A DNA stretch of 64,000 nt from a virus (IMGVR_UViG_3300032007_000037:1-64000); one strand, 5' to 3'; shown: positions 10,032 through 20,817, counted from the first letter of the stretch. The notes: generated from the letters alone by a model not told the origin. A program made the numbers and translations.

Positions 10032-11249
10032 TTATAAGTCTAATCTGAATCCTTGTTGTACAAATGACTCTGGATCTTCCTTAACACTAGTTACCATCTT
10101 CAGACTACCATCGGTATTTCTTCTTGTGGTATTAAGTGTTTGTTCCAACTCCTTAAGACCTTTTCTCATTTCTTTCTTTACCTCTGCCTTGGCTAGATTT
10201 TTGAAATCTTTAAAGCCGTTGGTTAGAGTATAGAAGAGGCTTACATACTTAATAAAATCGGGATGATTTTCAGCTTCATACTTCTGTATTGCTGTTAAAT
10301 AAGTTCCAGTTTCAGGATCCTTGTAAATAGGTTTGGTAATATTATCATAAGCTTTCTTTCTAATATCACCACTGATTTCCATATCACCCAATACATTTTT
10401 TTCTTCCAGAAGGGCCTTCTTCAATTGTGCCGCCTGCTTCTCTCTTTCCTTACGTTCATTTTCAGCAGTTTCTTCAGCCTCTCTTAAGAACGTGTCATAC
10501 TTATTTTGGAAGAATTCCTTATTGGCAGACAGTGCTTCTTTTGCATCCTCAATATCATTACCTGCTTCTATCGAACGCATAGTAAGTTTATCTGCTCTCT
10601 CTGGAGACATGTTTGCATTAAGATAACTTTGATAAATCAATCTGTACCTCAGCTGCTCACCTTTTTCACTTTCATCATTAAGTTCCTCATCTTTTACATT
10701 GTTAAGGAATTTAATGGCGGCTTCAAACTTTCTAATCTCATCAGGTTCTACGCCTGCTTCAAGAGCTTTAGAAATCTTCTGCTGCTTCTCATCAAGACGA
10801 GCATTAATTTCAGCTTCAATTGCTTCACCAAGAGCTTCTGCATCAGTTATCTTTTTTGCAGCCTCTTCATCATGGTTAAGGAAGATACCATCCACTACCA
10901 AGGCATTGGCAATGGAAGAGTAGAAGTTTTCGTTAGGAGAAGTGCCACCACCTTCTTCAGTGGTGATATCTTCCTTTTTCCCATCTTTATCTTCTTGTTT
11001 TCCACTACCTACGCTCTCTGGTTTTTCCGTTTTATCCTCTTCTTCTTCACCTTTTTCTTCTTCATCTTCTTCAACTCCGAAGAGGTTATCAGGATCAACC
11101 TCAGTAGTTTTATGTTCAGCATTGTCAATCTCTTCAGGATTTTCTCCTGATTTCTTTCCTCCATCCTCCGATGAAGGTGTTTCCTCTGGTGTTACAAACA
11201 GATTTTCAATCTCCTGTTCACCAAGAATGTTTTCAAAACTCAGTTCCAT
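10032..11249 (-). CDS. Acidic coiled-coil protein, putative capsid scaffold
   Basis: 405 aa, E/D-rich N-terminus, directly upstream of the major capsid gene. Confidence 0.6.
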   Translation of the reverse strand: MELSFENILGEQEIENLFVTPEETPSSEDGGKKSGENPEEIDNAEHKTTEVDPDNLFGVEEDEEEKGEEEEDKTEKPESVGSGKQEDKDGKKEDITTEEGGGTSPNENFYSSIANALVVDGIFLNHDEEAAKKITDAEALGEAIEAEINARLDEKQQKISKALEAGVEPDEIRKFEAAIKFLNNVKDEELNDESEKGEQLRYRLIYQSYLNANMSPERADKLTMRSIEAGNDIEDAKEALSANKEFFQNKYDTFLREAEETAENERKEREKQAAQLKKALLEEKNVLGDMEISGDIRKKAYDNITKPIYKDPETGTYLTAIQKYEAENHPDFIKYVSLFYTLTNGFKDFKNLAKAEVKKEMRKGLKELEQTLNTTRRNTDGSLKMVTSVKEDPESFVQQGFRLDL

Positions 11250-11299
11250 ATACTTCTCTTTTTTAATTAAACTTCCAAAGTTCTACAATCTTCTTGGTG

Positions 11300-11307
11300 C
11301 AAAAATA
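11300..11307 (-). promoter_or_regulatory. Bacteroidota sigma-A -7 promoter element (TAnnTTTG)
   Basis: TATTTTTG with an upstream TTTG -33 box. Same element on minus strand at 4255, 14236, 17410, 18281, 20836, 22285, 22843, 50370, 52045, 63944 and on plus strand at 20937, 30866, each just upstream of a gene. Confidence 0.75.
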
Positions 11308-11383
11308 CATACTTAAAAAGTTACAAACTCAAATCTTATACGCGGGTTAAGAACAAATAAAAATTATACTAAGTTTTGTGATT

Positions 11384-13708
11384 TTAAGCATGTGTCAACA
11401 TTTCTGAGAAACTATTTACTGAATTGAAAGTTGCTACTTTAAAAGATTCTTTCCGCCTCTTATAATTCTTTCTCCAATAATCAGATGCCCCCATACCTGT
11501 AGGTTTTTGTTCTTGTCTTTGGATATTGCCCTGGAATAAAATCATCTTTTCCTCTCTATATAACATTAATTGAACAAGCGCCATAATTCTATCAAAGTTA
11601 TCATACTGATTCCAAAGTATTAACTCCTTTAACAATGCCCTGTTCTTTATAAAGTGAAGATTGGGTACAGTTACCTCTACATCATTGCCTTCCGCATCCT
11701 GCTCTATTATAGTTACAGGTTTTAATAACCAATCCCTAATAAGCCTGAAGCCATATTTTATAATAGGTACTGTTGCTCGCACCCCTTTCATTTTGTTTCC
11801 ATATCCTATATTAGATATAAGATGTTTATCTTTCAGGTAATCTGGTGTATCCTCTAGCAAATGTAGACAATTCATTCTGCTGAAATAACCAAATATACCT
11901 TTAAGGTTTTGTTCATATAAAGCCCTCGCGTTATAGAATAAACATAACTTTCTGCAAATTTCATAAAAATCATCTGCAAACATAGGTCTGCCTGTATACT
12001 CTGCAACCAATCTATCTGTCCAAAAATCTAAAACATGAACAGACCCTAGAGACATTGTTTCAGAAGTATCATCATCATAAGGGTCAATACCAATTCCATA
12101 TCTACCAATAGGTACTTTACCTTCAGAGTTTGTTTGAGGCATTTCAAATATTTCTAAGGCTCCTTTTACTTTATTATCTTTAATTTTCCATTCTCTAAGT
12201 GGTAAATCTGTTGTATTGGTAAATTCTACCTTACCGTTGTTGAGAGTCAATTCTCCTATATAAGTACTATCGAATTCATTAGGATTGTTGTCTAGTTCAT
12301 TTAACCTTTCATTCAATTCTGTTACTGGAAATATACTACCTTGACTTCTAATGATGGCTTCTTGAGGTGTTATTGGGTACTGCGAGATACGCTTTAATAA
12401 AGTATTAGGATCGGTACTACCATACTTTACAGTATATCTATCCATCAATATCATCAACAAAGCCTTAGTAACGTCGGAATTACCATCTTTGTCCATGCAA
12501 GTATCATCGTAGTTTAAATAAACTGGATAAAAATTACCTATATATTTACCGCCTTGACCTTCCTTGTCAAATACATTTTCCAGTTTATAAATTTTATAAC
12601 CATTAGGATTATAATACATTTCAGCAAAAGTGGTAAAGTCAGATTGGTCATCACCAGCCGTACCATAGGCATATATTTCTCCGAACACAGAAGAACCTTG
12701 TTCTACAGAAGGTCTGATAAGATTATACATTGCACTCAAATCCTTAAAAATACCTGCTTCCTCAATAAGATATAAGACACCACGAGAACCATTTAATTTA
12801 TCTTGGTTTACACCAGTAAGTACTCCCGCTACAGTATTTTTACTGCCCCATTCTACATCTGAACCTGATAATTTATATCCTGATTTCCATTCAAGATCTT
12901 GTTTACTGCTCTTTAAACGTGCAGCAGCAAATTGAGTATTTTTAGCACAAAAGTCTATATTGTCTACAAATACAGAAAGTATTTGGTTAGGGTCATCCAG
13001 TTTACCTCTATCAGATGCAGTGACAAAACTTTGGACATCGTCCGTATTATCTGCAAATTCTCCAATCTCAAACCTCTTTGAAAGCATACCTCCGCCAAAG
13101 CTAGTTTTACCTTTACCACGACTAGCTAGCATAAAAGCGTGCTTCTTCATAATTCTAGCCTGAAAAACATAATGTGAGTTGAAAAATTGTCCATCCCATA
13201 ACCTAGGATGCTCAACTACACGAATTTCCATACCATCATCACGCTTTTTTACAAGGTGCATAGGACAATAGTTTAGCATCCAATAATAGTCACCAGTAAC
13301 CCACATGCCAGTATTTGGATCACAATAACCATTCCAACCTCTGTTTTTTTCTTCGTTGAAATATCTTCCAAATTCACTATTTGGGTTTCGGTTTGGTTTA
13401 AGGTTTGTATACTTATGGCTATTGTTTATCCACGTAAGTGCAGCTTGTCTAAAGTAATCACTATTCTCTAATATAGGTGGATGCGTTACATCAATAATAG
13501 CCCTACCTTGTGCGTCTCTGGGTAATTGATGAACATAGGGTCTATCAGGGCTTACAAGATACTTTATAAAAGGTACATTGTTTAAATAATCCCAAAACTG
13601 TTCCTGTACTTCAGTTGGTGTCTCGTCAAACTTAAGTGTCTTCCCATCAACAACTACTGTCAATTCCTCTAAAGGAGTTTGACACTTATTCCATATAACA
13701 TTCTCCAT
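11384..13708 (-). CDS. terL: Terminase large subunit
   Basis: 774 aa; Walker A ASRGKGKT, Walker B LYLIEEAG, coupling motif YGTAG, RNase H-like GIDPYD. Confidence 0.93.
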   Translation of the reverse strand: MENVIWNKCQTPLEELTVVVDGKTLKFDETPTEVQEQFWDYLNNVPFIKYLVSPDRPYVHQLPRDAQGRAIIDVTHPPILENSDYFRQAALTWINNSHKYTNLKPNRNPNSEFGRYFNEEKNRGWNGYCDPNTGMWVTGDYYWMLNYCPMHLVKKRDDGMEIRVVEHPRLWDGQFFNSHYVFQARIMKKHAFMLASRGKGKTSFGGGMLSKRFEIGEFADNTDDVQSFVTASDRGKLDDPNQILSVFVDNIDFCAKNTQFAAARLKSSKQDLEWKSGYKLSGSDVEWGSKNTVAGVLTGVNQDKLNGSRGVLYLIEEAGIFKDLSAMYNLIRPSVEQGSSVFGEIYAYGTAGDDQSDFTTFAEMYYNPNGYKIYKLENVFDKEGQGGKYIGNFYPVYLNYDDTCMDKDGNSDVTKALLMILMDRYTVKYGSTDPNTLLKRISQYPITPQEAIIRSQGSIFPVTELNERLNELDNNPNEFDSTYIGELTLNNGKVEFTNTTDLPLREWKIKDNKVKGALEIFEMPQTNSEGKVPIGRYGIGIDPYDDDTSETMSLGSVHVLDFWTDRLVAEYTGRPMFADDFYEICRKLCLFYNARALYEQNLKGIFGYFSRMNCLHLLEDTPDYLKDKHLISNIGYGNKMKGVRATVPIIKYGFRLIRDWLLKPVTIIEQDAEGNDVEVTVPNLHFIKNRALLKELILWNQYDNFDRIMALVQLMLYREEKMILFQGNIQRQEQKPTGMGASDYWRKNYKRRKESFKVATFNSVNSFSEMLTHA

Positions 13709-13740
13709 ATACTTCTACTCTTCCCCATTAGTCAGTTTAA

Positions 13741-14208
13741 TTAGAATGATCTCCAAACATTTGTTCTGCCATATGCAGATGTGTATTCCCAATGATAAGG
13801 AGCAGTATCTTCACTTGTAACAGTAAATAATATGACCTTTCCCATCTCACTTGCAAGGAGGACTTCAGCCTTTATCTCTGCTTGTCTCATACCGGCTGGT
13901 AAGTCGCTTAAACTCATAGTGGACAAGAAAGAGGTTCCTTTAATGGCCTTGTTATCATTGTTAATTTTCTGAATCAACTGGCCCATATTTTCAGCATCAA
14001 GCCATTCACTAGGCATTTCTTGATTAGCCACCACAATAACATCTCCTGTGACAATACTGTCTTGTGTGACAAAGCCTGAGTCATTATCCAAATCAGACAT
14101 TTTCTTTGGTTGTGTTTTTTGCAGTTTGTCTACTAATTCACATAACTCACGTATCACTTTAATGAGTTTATCTTTACTCATCAGAGTATCATAACTAGGA
14201 ACATTCAT
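13741..14208 (-). CDS. Hypothetical protein
   Basis: 155-aa ORF with a promoter at 14236. Confidence 0.6.
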   Translation of the reverse strand: MNVPSYDTLMSKDKLIKVIRELCELVDKLQKTQPKKMSDLDNDSGFVTQDSIVTGDVIVVANQEMPSEWLDAENMGQLIQKINNDNKAIKGTSFLSTMSLSDLPAGMRQAEIKAEVLLASEMGKVILFTVTSEDTAPYHWEYTSAYGRTNVWRSF

Positions 14209-14347
14209 GTTTATATACTTTTATTCATTGATATACAAAAGTATACAGATGTGCTTCATTATATATACCGTTAAAATATTTTTTTAGGAATACAAAAAAG
14301 CCCACTAATCAAGTGACTAGCGGGCCAAACAACAACTAAAAAGAACT

Positions 14348-14896
14348 TTAATAGTCCACATCTCCAATGGTAAGCTCCTGGGCACCTCTGGCTTTACCTT
14401 TATCTTCAAGTTCTTGGTCAACTTTCTTTTGAAGGTTTTGAAGGGAGGTAACAATACCTTCCACATTCTTTAAGGCTTGGGTTATGGCTGATACCTGATA
14501 TTTAGGTCTACCTTTATCATCCTCTGCATAAAGATCTACACGATCAAGGAATTCACTGACTTTATTCGCACCATTTATTGAAGACCTTAAAAGTTTTTGA
14601 GACATTGTAGTAGTTTGTTTTTTATAAATTTCCATAGCCTCTAACAACAGATCAGAAGGTTTAAAATCAGCCTGTAATCCCTCCTGCTCTATAATGGCTT
14701 TCTTTCTCAATTCCTCATCTGTTATGTAAATATAACCAGATCTAGGATCTATCATATGGTACACATATGCCATCTGTTGATAAAACTTTTCCTTTTTATC
14801 AGACCTGTCTTGATGCCAAAGTTTTCTAAAAGGTTTATTTAACAATATTTCATCAGCAACCTTTAATTCAAAATTAACAACTTCAATTAACTTCAT
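14348..14896 (-). CDS. Conserved crAss protein upstream of terL (possible small terminase subunit)
   Basis: 182 aa helical protein; functional guess from synteny only. Confidence 0.45.
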   Translation of the reverse strand: MKLIEVVNFELKVADEILLNKPFRKLWHQDRSDKKEKFYQQMAYVYHMIDPRSGYIYITDEELRKKAIIEQEGLQADFKPSDLLLEAMEIYKKQTTTMSQKLLRSSINGANKVSEFLDRVDLYAEDDKGRPKYQVSAITQALKNVEGIVTSLQNLQKKVDQELEDKGKARGAQELTIGDVDY

Positions 14897-14982
14897 TTTT
14901 TCCTATTTTAAAAGCCGTGTTTGTTCCTATTAAAAAGCCTAAGCCCAAATGGACTCAGGCTTTCTCCTGTTAAAAACTTCTA

Positions 14983-15180
14983 CTACAACAAAAATCTATA
15001 TATTAACCACAGCAATAATATTACAAGTATGCCAGAAATCCAAATAGGGGATAATACCCACCACCACGACCAAGTAATATATCCTAACAGCTTTAATACA
15101 ATAAAAACGATTGTAAGAAGTCCTACGAAACTTACCCCACTGGAGGAACTACTACTTGAAGAAAAAGAACCTTGACTCAT
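14983..15180 (-). CDS. Small two-helix membrane protein
   Basis: GLLTIVFIVLKLLGYITWSWWWVLSPIWI, a common phage membrane motif. Confidence 0.7.
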   Translation of the reverse strand: MSQGSFSSSSSSSSGVSFVGLLTIVFIVLKLLGYITWSWWWVLSPIWISGILVILLLWLIYRFLL

Positions 15181-15181
15181 A

Positions 15182-15598
15182 TTAATTTAAAGATAATGTC
15201 GGTTTATCTGGTAAAATAAGACTTTCATTTGTCTCATAACCTTCAAAAACAAATTTAACATCCCTATCAGTAATTAGCAGACAATCTTGTATATTGCCTT
15301 CTTTATCTTCTAACTGAACCCAATTAAAAGCTATTTCCATAATAGGATTATTGTCCATATCGTTTTGTAAAGAGTCCTTACTGTATTTTCTTCGTACATA
15401 GGCAGCAGGATTTATCATAATTTTGTCACCTACTTTAAAATCACGTACAGACGAACCTACTTTTAATATTGTCTGGTACATCTTAAGGTCTCCTTTTTTT
15501 GCTACAATGATGCCTTTTTCAACCATGTCTTCTTCATATCTATCACCTGTAGTAAGGATTGAAGTGTATGGAGGTACTATATCTGTTATATGTAACAT
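15182..15598 (-). CDS. GroES-like co-chaperonin
   Basis: GII mobile-loop-like segment and ILKVGSSVRDFKVGDKI pattern. Confidence 0.55.
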   Translation of the reverse strand: MLHITDIVPPYTSILTTGDRYEEDMVEKGIIVAKKGDLKMYQTILKVGSSVRDFKVGDKIMINPAAYVRRKYSKDSLQNDMDNNPIMEIAFNWVQLEDKEGNIQDCLLITDRDVKFVFEGYETNESLILPDKPTLSLN

Positions 15599-15599
15599 A

Positions 15600-15857
15600 T
15601 TATTTTTCTTTTTTTGGATTAAACATTTTCTTCAAATTTCTATACCTGTCTAAAGTTATATACAACTTTCCAATTGAAGGTATGTTTACATTTGTCTGTA
15701 ATGATTGAAACTCCCTATCCGACAAGTTTTCTTTCAGAGGTAACTCCTCTATATGAGTTCTAATGGCTTTCCAATATGTTCTATATATCTTACTAACCAA
15801 AGTAGGAGTCAGTCCTATAGAGGCAGCTACCTCTGAAACAATTTCTTTATCAAGCAC
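15600..15857 (-). CDS. HU/IHF-like small DNA-binding protein
   Basis: KEIVSEVAASIGL and VNIPSIGKLY motifs. Confidence 0.55.
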   Translation of the reverse strand: MLDKEIVSEVAASIGLTPTLVSKIYRTYWKAIRTHIEELPLKENLSDREFQSLQTNVNIPSIGKLYITLDRYRNLKKMFNPKKEK

Positions 15858-16287
15858 TCTGTTTATTTCCTTTAAACAAAATTAATAACTGGAAATATCC
15901 ATTATCATCTGGTCTCTGATTTGGTATTAATCTAGGATTGATATTATTACCTATTATAACTTTATGTTTTCTTAAGTTACTCATTATCACATAAAAATGC
16001 GGAAGGGTAATCTTACACTCAGCTATAATTTTCTTCTTGGTCATTTCCCCCATTAAAACAGTATCCAATATCGCTGGATCAGATATATCTTTGGACAGAT
16101 CCCATCTTATCTTCAAGAAACAAGCCATAACTTCAATTTCCTTATTGGTAAGGTTTACAAACGGTTTCATGAATATACACCACCATCTGTAAAAACTTAT
16201 ATCATCCAAATCAAAGGGGATTGTTATAATGTTATTTGGCTTTGGATGCTTCTTTTCTTGACTATTAAGTCTTGTTTCACTATTCAT
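15850..16287 (-). CDS. Putative winged-helix DNA-binding protein
   Basis: LTNKEIEVM...HFYVIMSNLRKHKVI pattern. Confidence 0.45.
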   Translation of the reverse strand: MNSETRLNSQEKKHPKPNNIITIPFDLDDISFYRWWCIFMKPFVNLTNKEIEVMACFLKIRWDLSKDISDPAILDTVLMGEMTKKKIIAECKITLPHFYVIMSNLRKHKVIIGNNINPRLIPNQRPDDNGYFQLLILFKGNKQSA

Positions 16288-16293
16288 GAGGCA

Positions 16294-16605
16294 TTAGGCT
16301 TTAACTTGTTCAGGCTGTTCAGGTGCAAACAAAGCTGCTTTAATCTCATCAACAGTCCTTGTTATAAACTCTGCATCCTTGATTATAATTGAATTCTCTA
16401 GTACTTTAAACAGATAATCAAGTCTCTTTGACTCAATAACATCGCTCATTTGACTAATCCGAGTATGAAGCTGTTCAATATAAGCTTCCATTTGTCCAAT
16501 CTGTTGTCTAGATTCATCGAACAACTGCTTCAATCTTTCATAGGAGATTTTCTCTGGAGCGTCTCCTGTTTTTAACTTAACTTTTTTATTCTCTTTCTCT
16601 TCCAT
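16294..16605 (-). CDS. Coiled-coil hypothetical protein
   Basis: 103-aa ORF in the operon. Confidence 0.6.
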   Translation of the reverse strand: MEEKENKKVKLKTGDAPEKISYERLKQLFDESRQQIGQMEAYIEQLHTRISQMSDVIESKRLDYLFKVLENSIIIKDAEFITRTVDEIKAALFAPEQPEQVKA

Positions 16606-16625
16606 ACTTTAAACGTTTAAATTGT

Positions 16626-17042
16626 TTATATTCTCCATTTTAACAGTAACATTCTCAAATCATCAACTTTTCCGTCATTTACGATTTTATCAAAAAATAA
16701 AAGAATTGAATCTACTCTTCCCAAACCACCAGGAAATCTTGGATAAATAGCATGTATTATCTTTCTCCAAGATGGTGAATCACTCACCTTGTATTTCAAT
16801 TCTTTAAACGACATTTTAAAAATAAGAGATTTCTTTGGATCTTCATTCTTTGTAACAAACTTATGTCCATATCTCTGCTTATATTTTTCTTCCCATTCTT
16901 CAACAGGTGCTTCCAGTATATCAGAACTTCCGCAGTCTGCACACCATTCTGCATCTATTGCATCCTCATACTTTATTTTCAATGAGTAGCATTTAGAGCA
17001 GTACTTAACTGGCTCTGAATCATATTCTCTGTGATTACCCAT
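16626..17042 (-). CDS. Zn-ribbon protein
   Basis: CSKC...CADC. Confidence 0.6.
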   Translation of the reverse strand: MGNHREYDSEPVKYCSKCYSLKIKYEDAIDAEWCADCGSSDILEAPVEEWEEKYKQRYGHKFVTKNEDPKKSLIFKMSFKELKYKVSDSPSWRKIIHAIYPRFPGGLGRVDSILLFFDKIVNDGKVDDLRMLLLKWRI

Positions 17043-17087
17043 ATCTCACGTATTATAAGGTATATGTTTGATTCAGATACGTAAATC

Positions 17088-17339
17088 TTACTTCTTTCTT
17101 GGGGTTCTGGTAGTAGATTTAAACGTAGCAGCCTGTCTCATGGCAGCCGCTCTTTTATTTAAATCTTGGGCCTGTCTATTTGCTTCCTTAATAGCCCTAT
17201 TCTTCCTGGCATTGTCACTTATAATTTCCTGATATGCCGCCATTGTTCTGGCATCACTTTCAGCTTGCCATTGCTGTTCTTGTTTCTTTGTTGGTCCCAT
17301 AATTTTATCCATTTTTTTGTTTAGATTATATAGTTTCAC
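17088..17339 (-). CDS. Small basic hypothetical protein (start may be a downstream ATG)
   Basis: ORF downstream of the promoter at 17410. Confidence 0.55.
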   Translation of the reverse strand: MKLYNLNKKMDKIMGPTKKQEQQWQAESDARTMAAYQEIISDNARKNRAIKEANRQAQDLNKRAAAMRQAATFKSTTRTPRKK

Positions 17340-17661
17340 TTAAAGTAGTACTTCGACTAATAGTGTTTATCTTGTTATAGATAGCTACTTGTGTTGTTGT
17401 TTTATGGCACAAAAATAAACATTTTTATTTAACAAACATTATTTTTATCCTTAAAATGTTTTATGTCTTAACATATTTTAAGATTTCAACCACTTTGTTA
17501 TAAACGTATGATACCTATCTTTATACAAACAATGTAAATATGTACAAAATGGGTACACAATAATCAAAAATAAAAAGGAACAAAAACTCTCCCATCTTCA
17601 CAGACAGGAGAGAAAAATCAAAAATCGTATGAAAAAACAAAATTATATTATGGATAACAAT

Positions 17662-18264
17662 TCACTTTATAATCTCAACATATTTACTACTCTCCCCTTG
17701 TACATAGGGATTCTTTTCTACTACTTCAACGTTTAAAACTTTATGCTTCTTCTGGAACCAGCGCAGTAAAAAGAATTTCTTTGGAGGCTTTACAGTCTCC
17801 TTCTTAGTATATACTACAATGTGCTTCTCACTTGTAAATTCAGGTCTCACCGTGATAGTAGAAGGATACCTTAATCCTAAATCGAGTGAATACCATTTGT
17901 CTCCTAAGAGAGTATCTATTGCCAAGGTTGGGTCTTTAAATATAGTATCATTGATAACAACAGTATCAACAACAGTGAATACAGAACTAACAGCCTGAAG
18001 AGCCTTGAGGTTCTTATCTTTAATTTTCAATTCTTCTCTGGTCTCATTAAGGGCAACAAGGACAGAATCGCTAAAGTATTCAAGTTGATCTACAGTAAGC
18101 TGTAAAGCTGTATTCTTCTTACCACTAGCGGACAACTCTTCACTATATGCCTTAACATTGGCTTCAGAAGTTTTCCACAAATTATTTACATTATCAAGCT
18201 GCTTCCACATGATTGCCAATGCAGCAAATAAAATGGCAATTACAATAAAAAGATACTTTGTCAT
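17662..18264 (-). CDS. Putative Rz-like spanin
   Basis: N-terminal TM helix plus coiled coil, near the lysis genes. Confidence 0.5.
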   Translation of the reverse strand: MTKYLFIVIAILFAALAIMWKQLDNVNNLWKTSEANVKAYSEELSASGKKNTALQLTVDQLEYFSDSVLVALNETREELKIKDKNLKALQAVSSVFTVVDTVVINDTIFKDPTLAIDTLLGDKWYSLDLGLRYPSTITVRPEFTSEKHIVVYTKKETVKPPKKFFLLRWFQKKHKVLNVEVVEKNPYVQGESSKYVEIIK

Positions 18265-18327
18265 ACTCTTTTATTTTTTGCAAAGGTAAAGAGTGCTAAC
18301 AAAGTATCCAACAAGCTAAGGATTTTG

Positions 18328-18678
18328 TTAAGGTTTATAGTTTTCTAGTTCTAACCTATGAAGATGTTTTTCCTTGTTTTTCTTCCTTAGCCAATTGGTG
18401 TATCTGTCAAACACCTTATGTTGAAAGTGAGTGTTTGGTGTAAATTGCATTTCATCTATAGAATTCCATATTTTATTGGCAGACATTTCTGTCATAAAAT
18501 AGTTTTTTTCTTCACTATCACTTATACAACCTGATAGTTCAATCTCACCATTAACAACACGCATATCTAAATTAGCTTCTTCACAAAGCCTTTTAAACCG
18601 TTTTGTCTTCTTTTTATAATAGTAAGAACAAACCTCAGGACTTGAATATCTAATATGATTATCTTCCCTTATTATCAT
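18328..18678 (-). CDS. Hypothetical protein
   Basis: 116-aa ORF overlapping the upstream stop. Confidence 0.55.
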   Translation of the reverse strand: MIIREDNHIRYSSPEVCSYYYKKKTKRFKRLCEEANLDMRVVNGEIELSGCISDSEEKNYFMTEMSANKIWNSIDEMQFTPNTHFQHKVFDRYTNWLRKKNKEKHLHRLELENYKP

Positions 18679-20605
18679 GTTTTGATTTTATATATTGTTG
18701 TGCCCCAATACCAATGGTAAATGGTAAAATTACTGGAGTATATTGTCCAGTCAAAATATTCCAAAAGTTTTTGACTTCTGTTTCATTTCCTGCCTTTACA
18801 TCATCTAAGTAACCATTATATTCTCTAGCTGGATTGATTACATCGTGTGCAGCATTATATCCGGGATATTCTTGAAAAGGTTTTAAACCAATAGCTTTAC
18901 CAGTCTCTAAACCATTTGCTTGTAATTCTCCACGTCTTTTTAAATAAGGTCTAGCGTTTTCATATAAAGCGTTGTTTACTTTTTTTGTGATATAGGCTTC
19001 TGCTTTTTCTCGTTCCAAAAATTTCTCAAATTCGGGCATTTTTGAAAACTCATTAAACCAATAAAACTCTTTTAAGCTATTATTAGGTGCATTGACCCAT
19101 TCTTTATATTCTGTGGATTTGAATGGATATTCTGGTCTACCTACATTTTGCCAATGAATACCTTCATGAAAAATTCCATTTTCTAAATTATCTCCTAACA
19201 CAATTGGATCAATATCTATATTATTTTGTAATCTTTGATATTCTGCTGGACTACTCATAGGTCTCTTTGAAAAAGTATGTGTTACTTTACTTTCAACAGG
19301 CGCAAAAAGATCTTCTCCCCAATCTCCAAATCCTAAAGCACGAGACTCTTCTTGAGCTTTCTTAATTAAATTCTTATATCCCTGACTTTTTTTATACGCA
19401 GCTGCATCTTCTATTGCTCTTGCAATCTTACTAGCTTTAACAAACTGTGAAGTTCCTCCTAAATCAGGTAACAAAGGCTCACTTGCGATAACTCCTGTTA
19501 CTTCACTAGGAGGTGTCATTAGCATTGGAACACTGTTTAAATAATGTTCTGCTGCACTAATTAAATTTGGTAGGCTGGAATTATTCTTAACAATAGATTT
19601 TGCAATATTCTTTTCTCTTTCTCTCCAAGCCTTCTCTCTATCCATTCTAGACATCTTCTGACTTTCCTCAGTAACACCATCATAGATATTTCCTCCTCCA
19701 GCAAACTCATTATACTTCTTCTTAATATCAGAAAGATTGGTAATGCCATTCTCTATAGCAACGCGCATCATTTCAGACTTTTCTACTAAAGACAAATTAT
19801 CCCATGTCTTTTTATTAAGAGAACCTCCTTCACTATGAACAACAAAGTCTGGCTGATTAGTTGAAACAAAATGCGTAGGCTGAGGCTGGTTCTCCCACTT
19901 CATAGATTCATTAAAATGCATTATATCCCCAATCTGAGATATTGCTCTTAATGCATCTATATTAGGTCTTTCGTCTGGAAGAGATACAGCTTCTACATAA
20001 TTATCTGAAGCTATGGGCATAACAACAGGTTTAGGTATTCTGTTATTAGTACCTATCTTATAAGGATTATTAACAAAAACCATATCGGGAAACTCCTTCA
20101 AGTACCCTTCAAAAGAGTTTCTCTTGGGTTTTTCCAATAGTTCTGTTAATCCCCATTCTTGTTCCCTCTTTCTCCTCTTTTCCAATCCTTTCTTGAATTT
20201 AGAATCTTTACTGGTAGCATCCATTTGATACATAGCATCTATAAATCTACCATCTGTCATGGCTTGAAATAGTAGTAGAGAATTCTTAGGAGTAAAATCA
20301 AAATTGTATTTATATGAAAGCATAGCCTTCTGAGAGTGTTCAGGAAGACTGTCCCAATTAGGTATTGTATCCTCAGCCCATTTCTTTCTTTTCTCTAATT
20401 CTTCCCTAACAGCTGTACGATTATCTTCTTTAGACCATTTGTTCCCCCTTTGTCTATAAAGCCTATGCCATTTTGGATCTGTTAGGCCAGACCCTAAAGT
20501 AATCTTTCCATCTCCTATATTTCTTGGCTTTTCTATAAACCCTTCTTCTCTAATTACCCAGTCCAGTAATTCATCATCTACGATTGAACTTTTACTTCTA
20601 CTCAT
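18659..20605 (-). CDS. Protein with N-terminal lysozyme-like (GH24-type) domain, probable virion-associated muramidase
   Basis: REEGF...DGKITLGSG catalytic pattern; LSYKYN; GLEKRRKRE. Confidence 0.65.
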   Translation of the reverse strand: MSRSKSSIVDDELLDWVIREEGFIEKPRNIGDGKITLGSGLTDPKWHRLYRQRGNKWSKEDNRTAVREELEKRKKWAEDTIPNWDSLPEHSQKAMLSYKYNFDFTPKNSLLLFQAMTDGRFIDAMYQMDATSKDSKFKKGLEKRRKREQEWGLTELLEKPKRNSFEGYLKEFPDMVFVNNPYKIGTNNRIPKPVVMPIASDNYVEAVSLPDERPNIDALRAISQIGDIMHFNESMKWENQPQPTHFVSTNQPDFVVHSEGGSLNKKTWDNLSLVEKSEMMRVAIENGITNLSDIKKKYNEFAGGGNIYDGVTEESQKMSRMDREKAWREREKNIAKSIVKNNSSLPNLISAAEHYLNSVPMLMTPPSEVTGVIASEPLLPDLGGTSQFVKASKIARAIEDAAAYKKSQGYKNLIKKAQEESRALGFGDWGEDLFAPVESKVTHTFSKRPMSSPAEYQRLQNNIDIDPIVLGDNLENGIFHEGIHWQNVGRPEYPFKSTEYKEWVNAPNNSLKEFYWFNEFSKMPEFEKFLEREKAEAYITKKVNNALYENARPYLKRRGELQANGLETGKAIGLKPFQEYPGYNAAHDVINPAREYNGYLDDVKAGNETEVKNFWNILTGQYTPVILPFTIGIGAQQYIKSKHDNKGR

Positions 20606-20622
20606 AGCCAGCCATTTTATAT

Positions 20623-20817
20623 CTATTCAATGTCTACATCCTTAAACATTTTCCTTAACCATCTTCTTACTTCCAGTATGCAAAAACAAAGAAGGGCTAT
20701 AGGCCATACAAGACTAACAGTTGTAACCATTTCCTGCGCACATTCTCCATCCTCATCACTGTGTATTGTAAAATAGAAAACAAAAATACCTATAATATAT
20801 ATAATAAAGTATAGCAT
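20623..20817 (-). CDS. Small membrane protein
   Basis: Two hydrophobic segments; ATG just downstream of the promoter at 20836. Confidence 0.5.
   Translation of the reverse strand: MLYFIIYIIGIFVFYFTIHSDEDGECAQEMVTTVSLVWPIALLCFCILEVRRWLRKMFKDVDIE

Noticed and set aside
8543-11316. Long antisense ORFs (267, 143, 214, 124 aa)
   Set aside because: Opposite the capsid and scaffold genes; explained by codon bias, no motifs
11384-13708. Intein or intron in terL
   Set aside because: Continuous ORF of ordinary size with no splicing motifs seen
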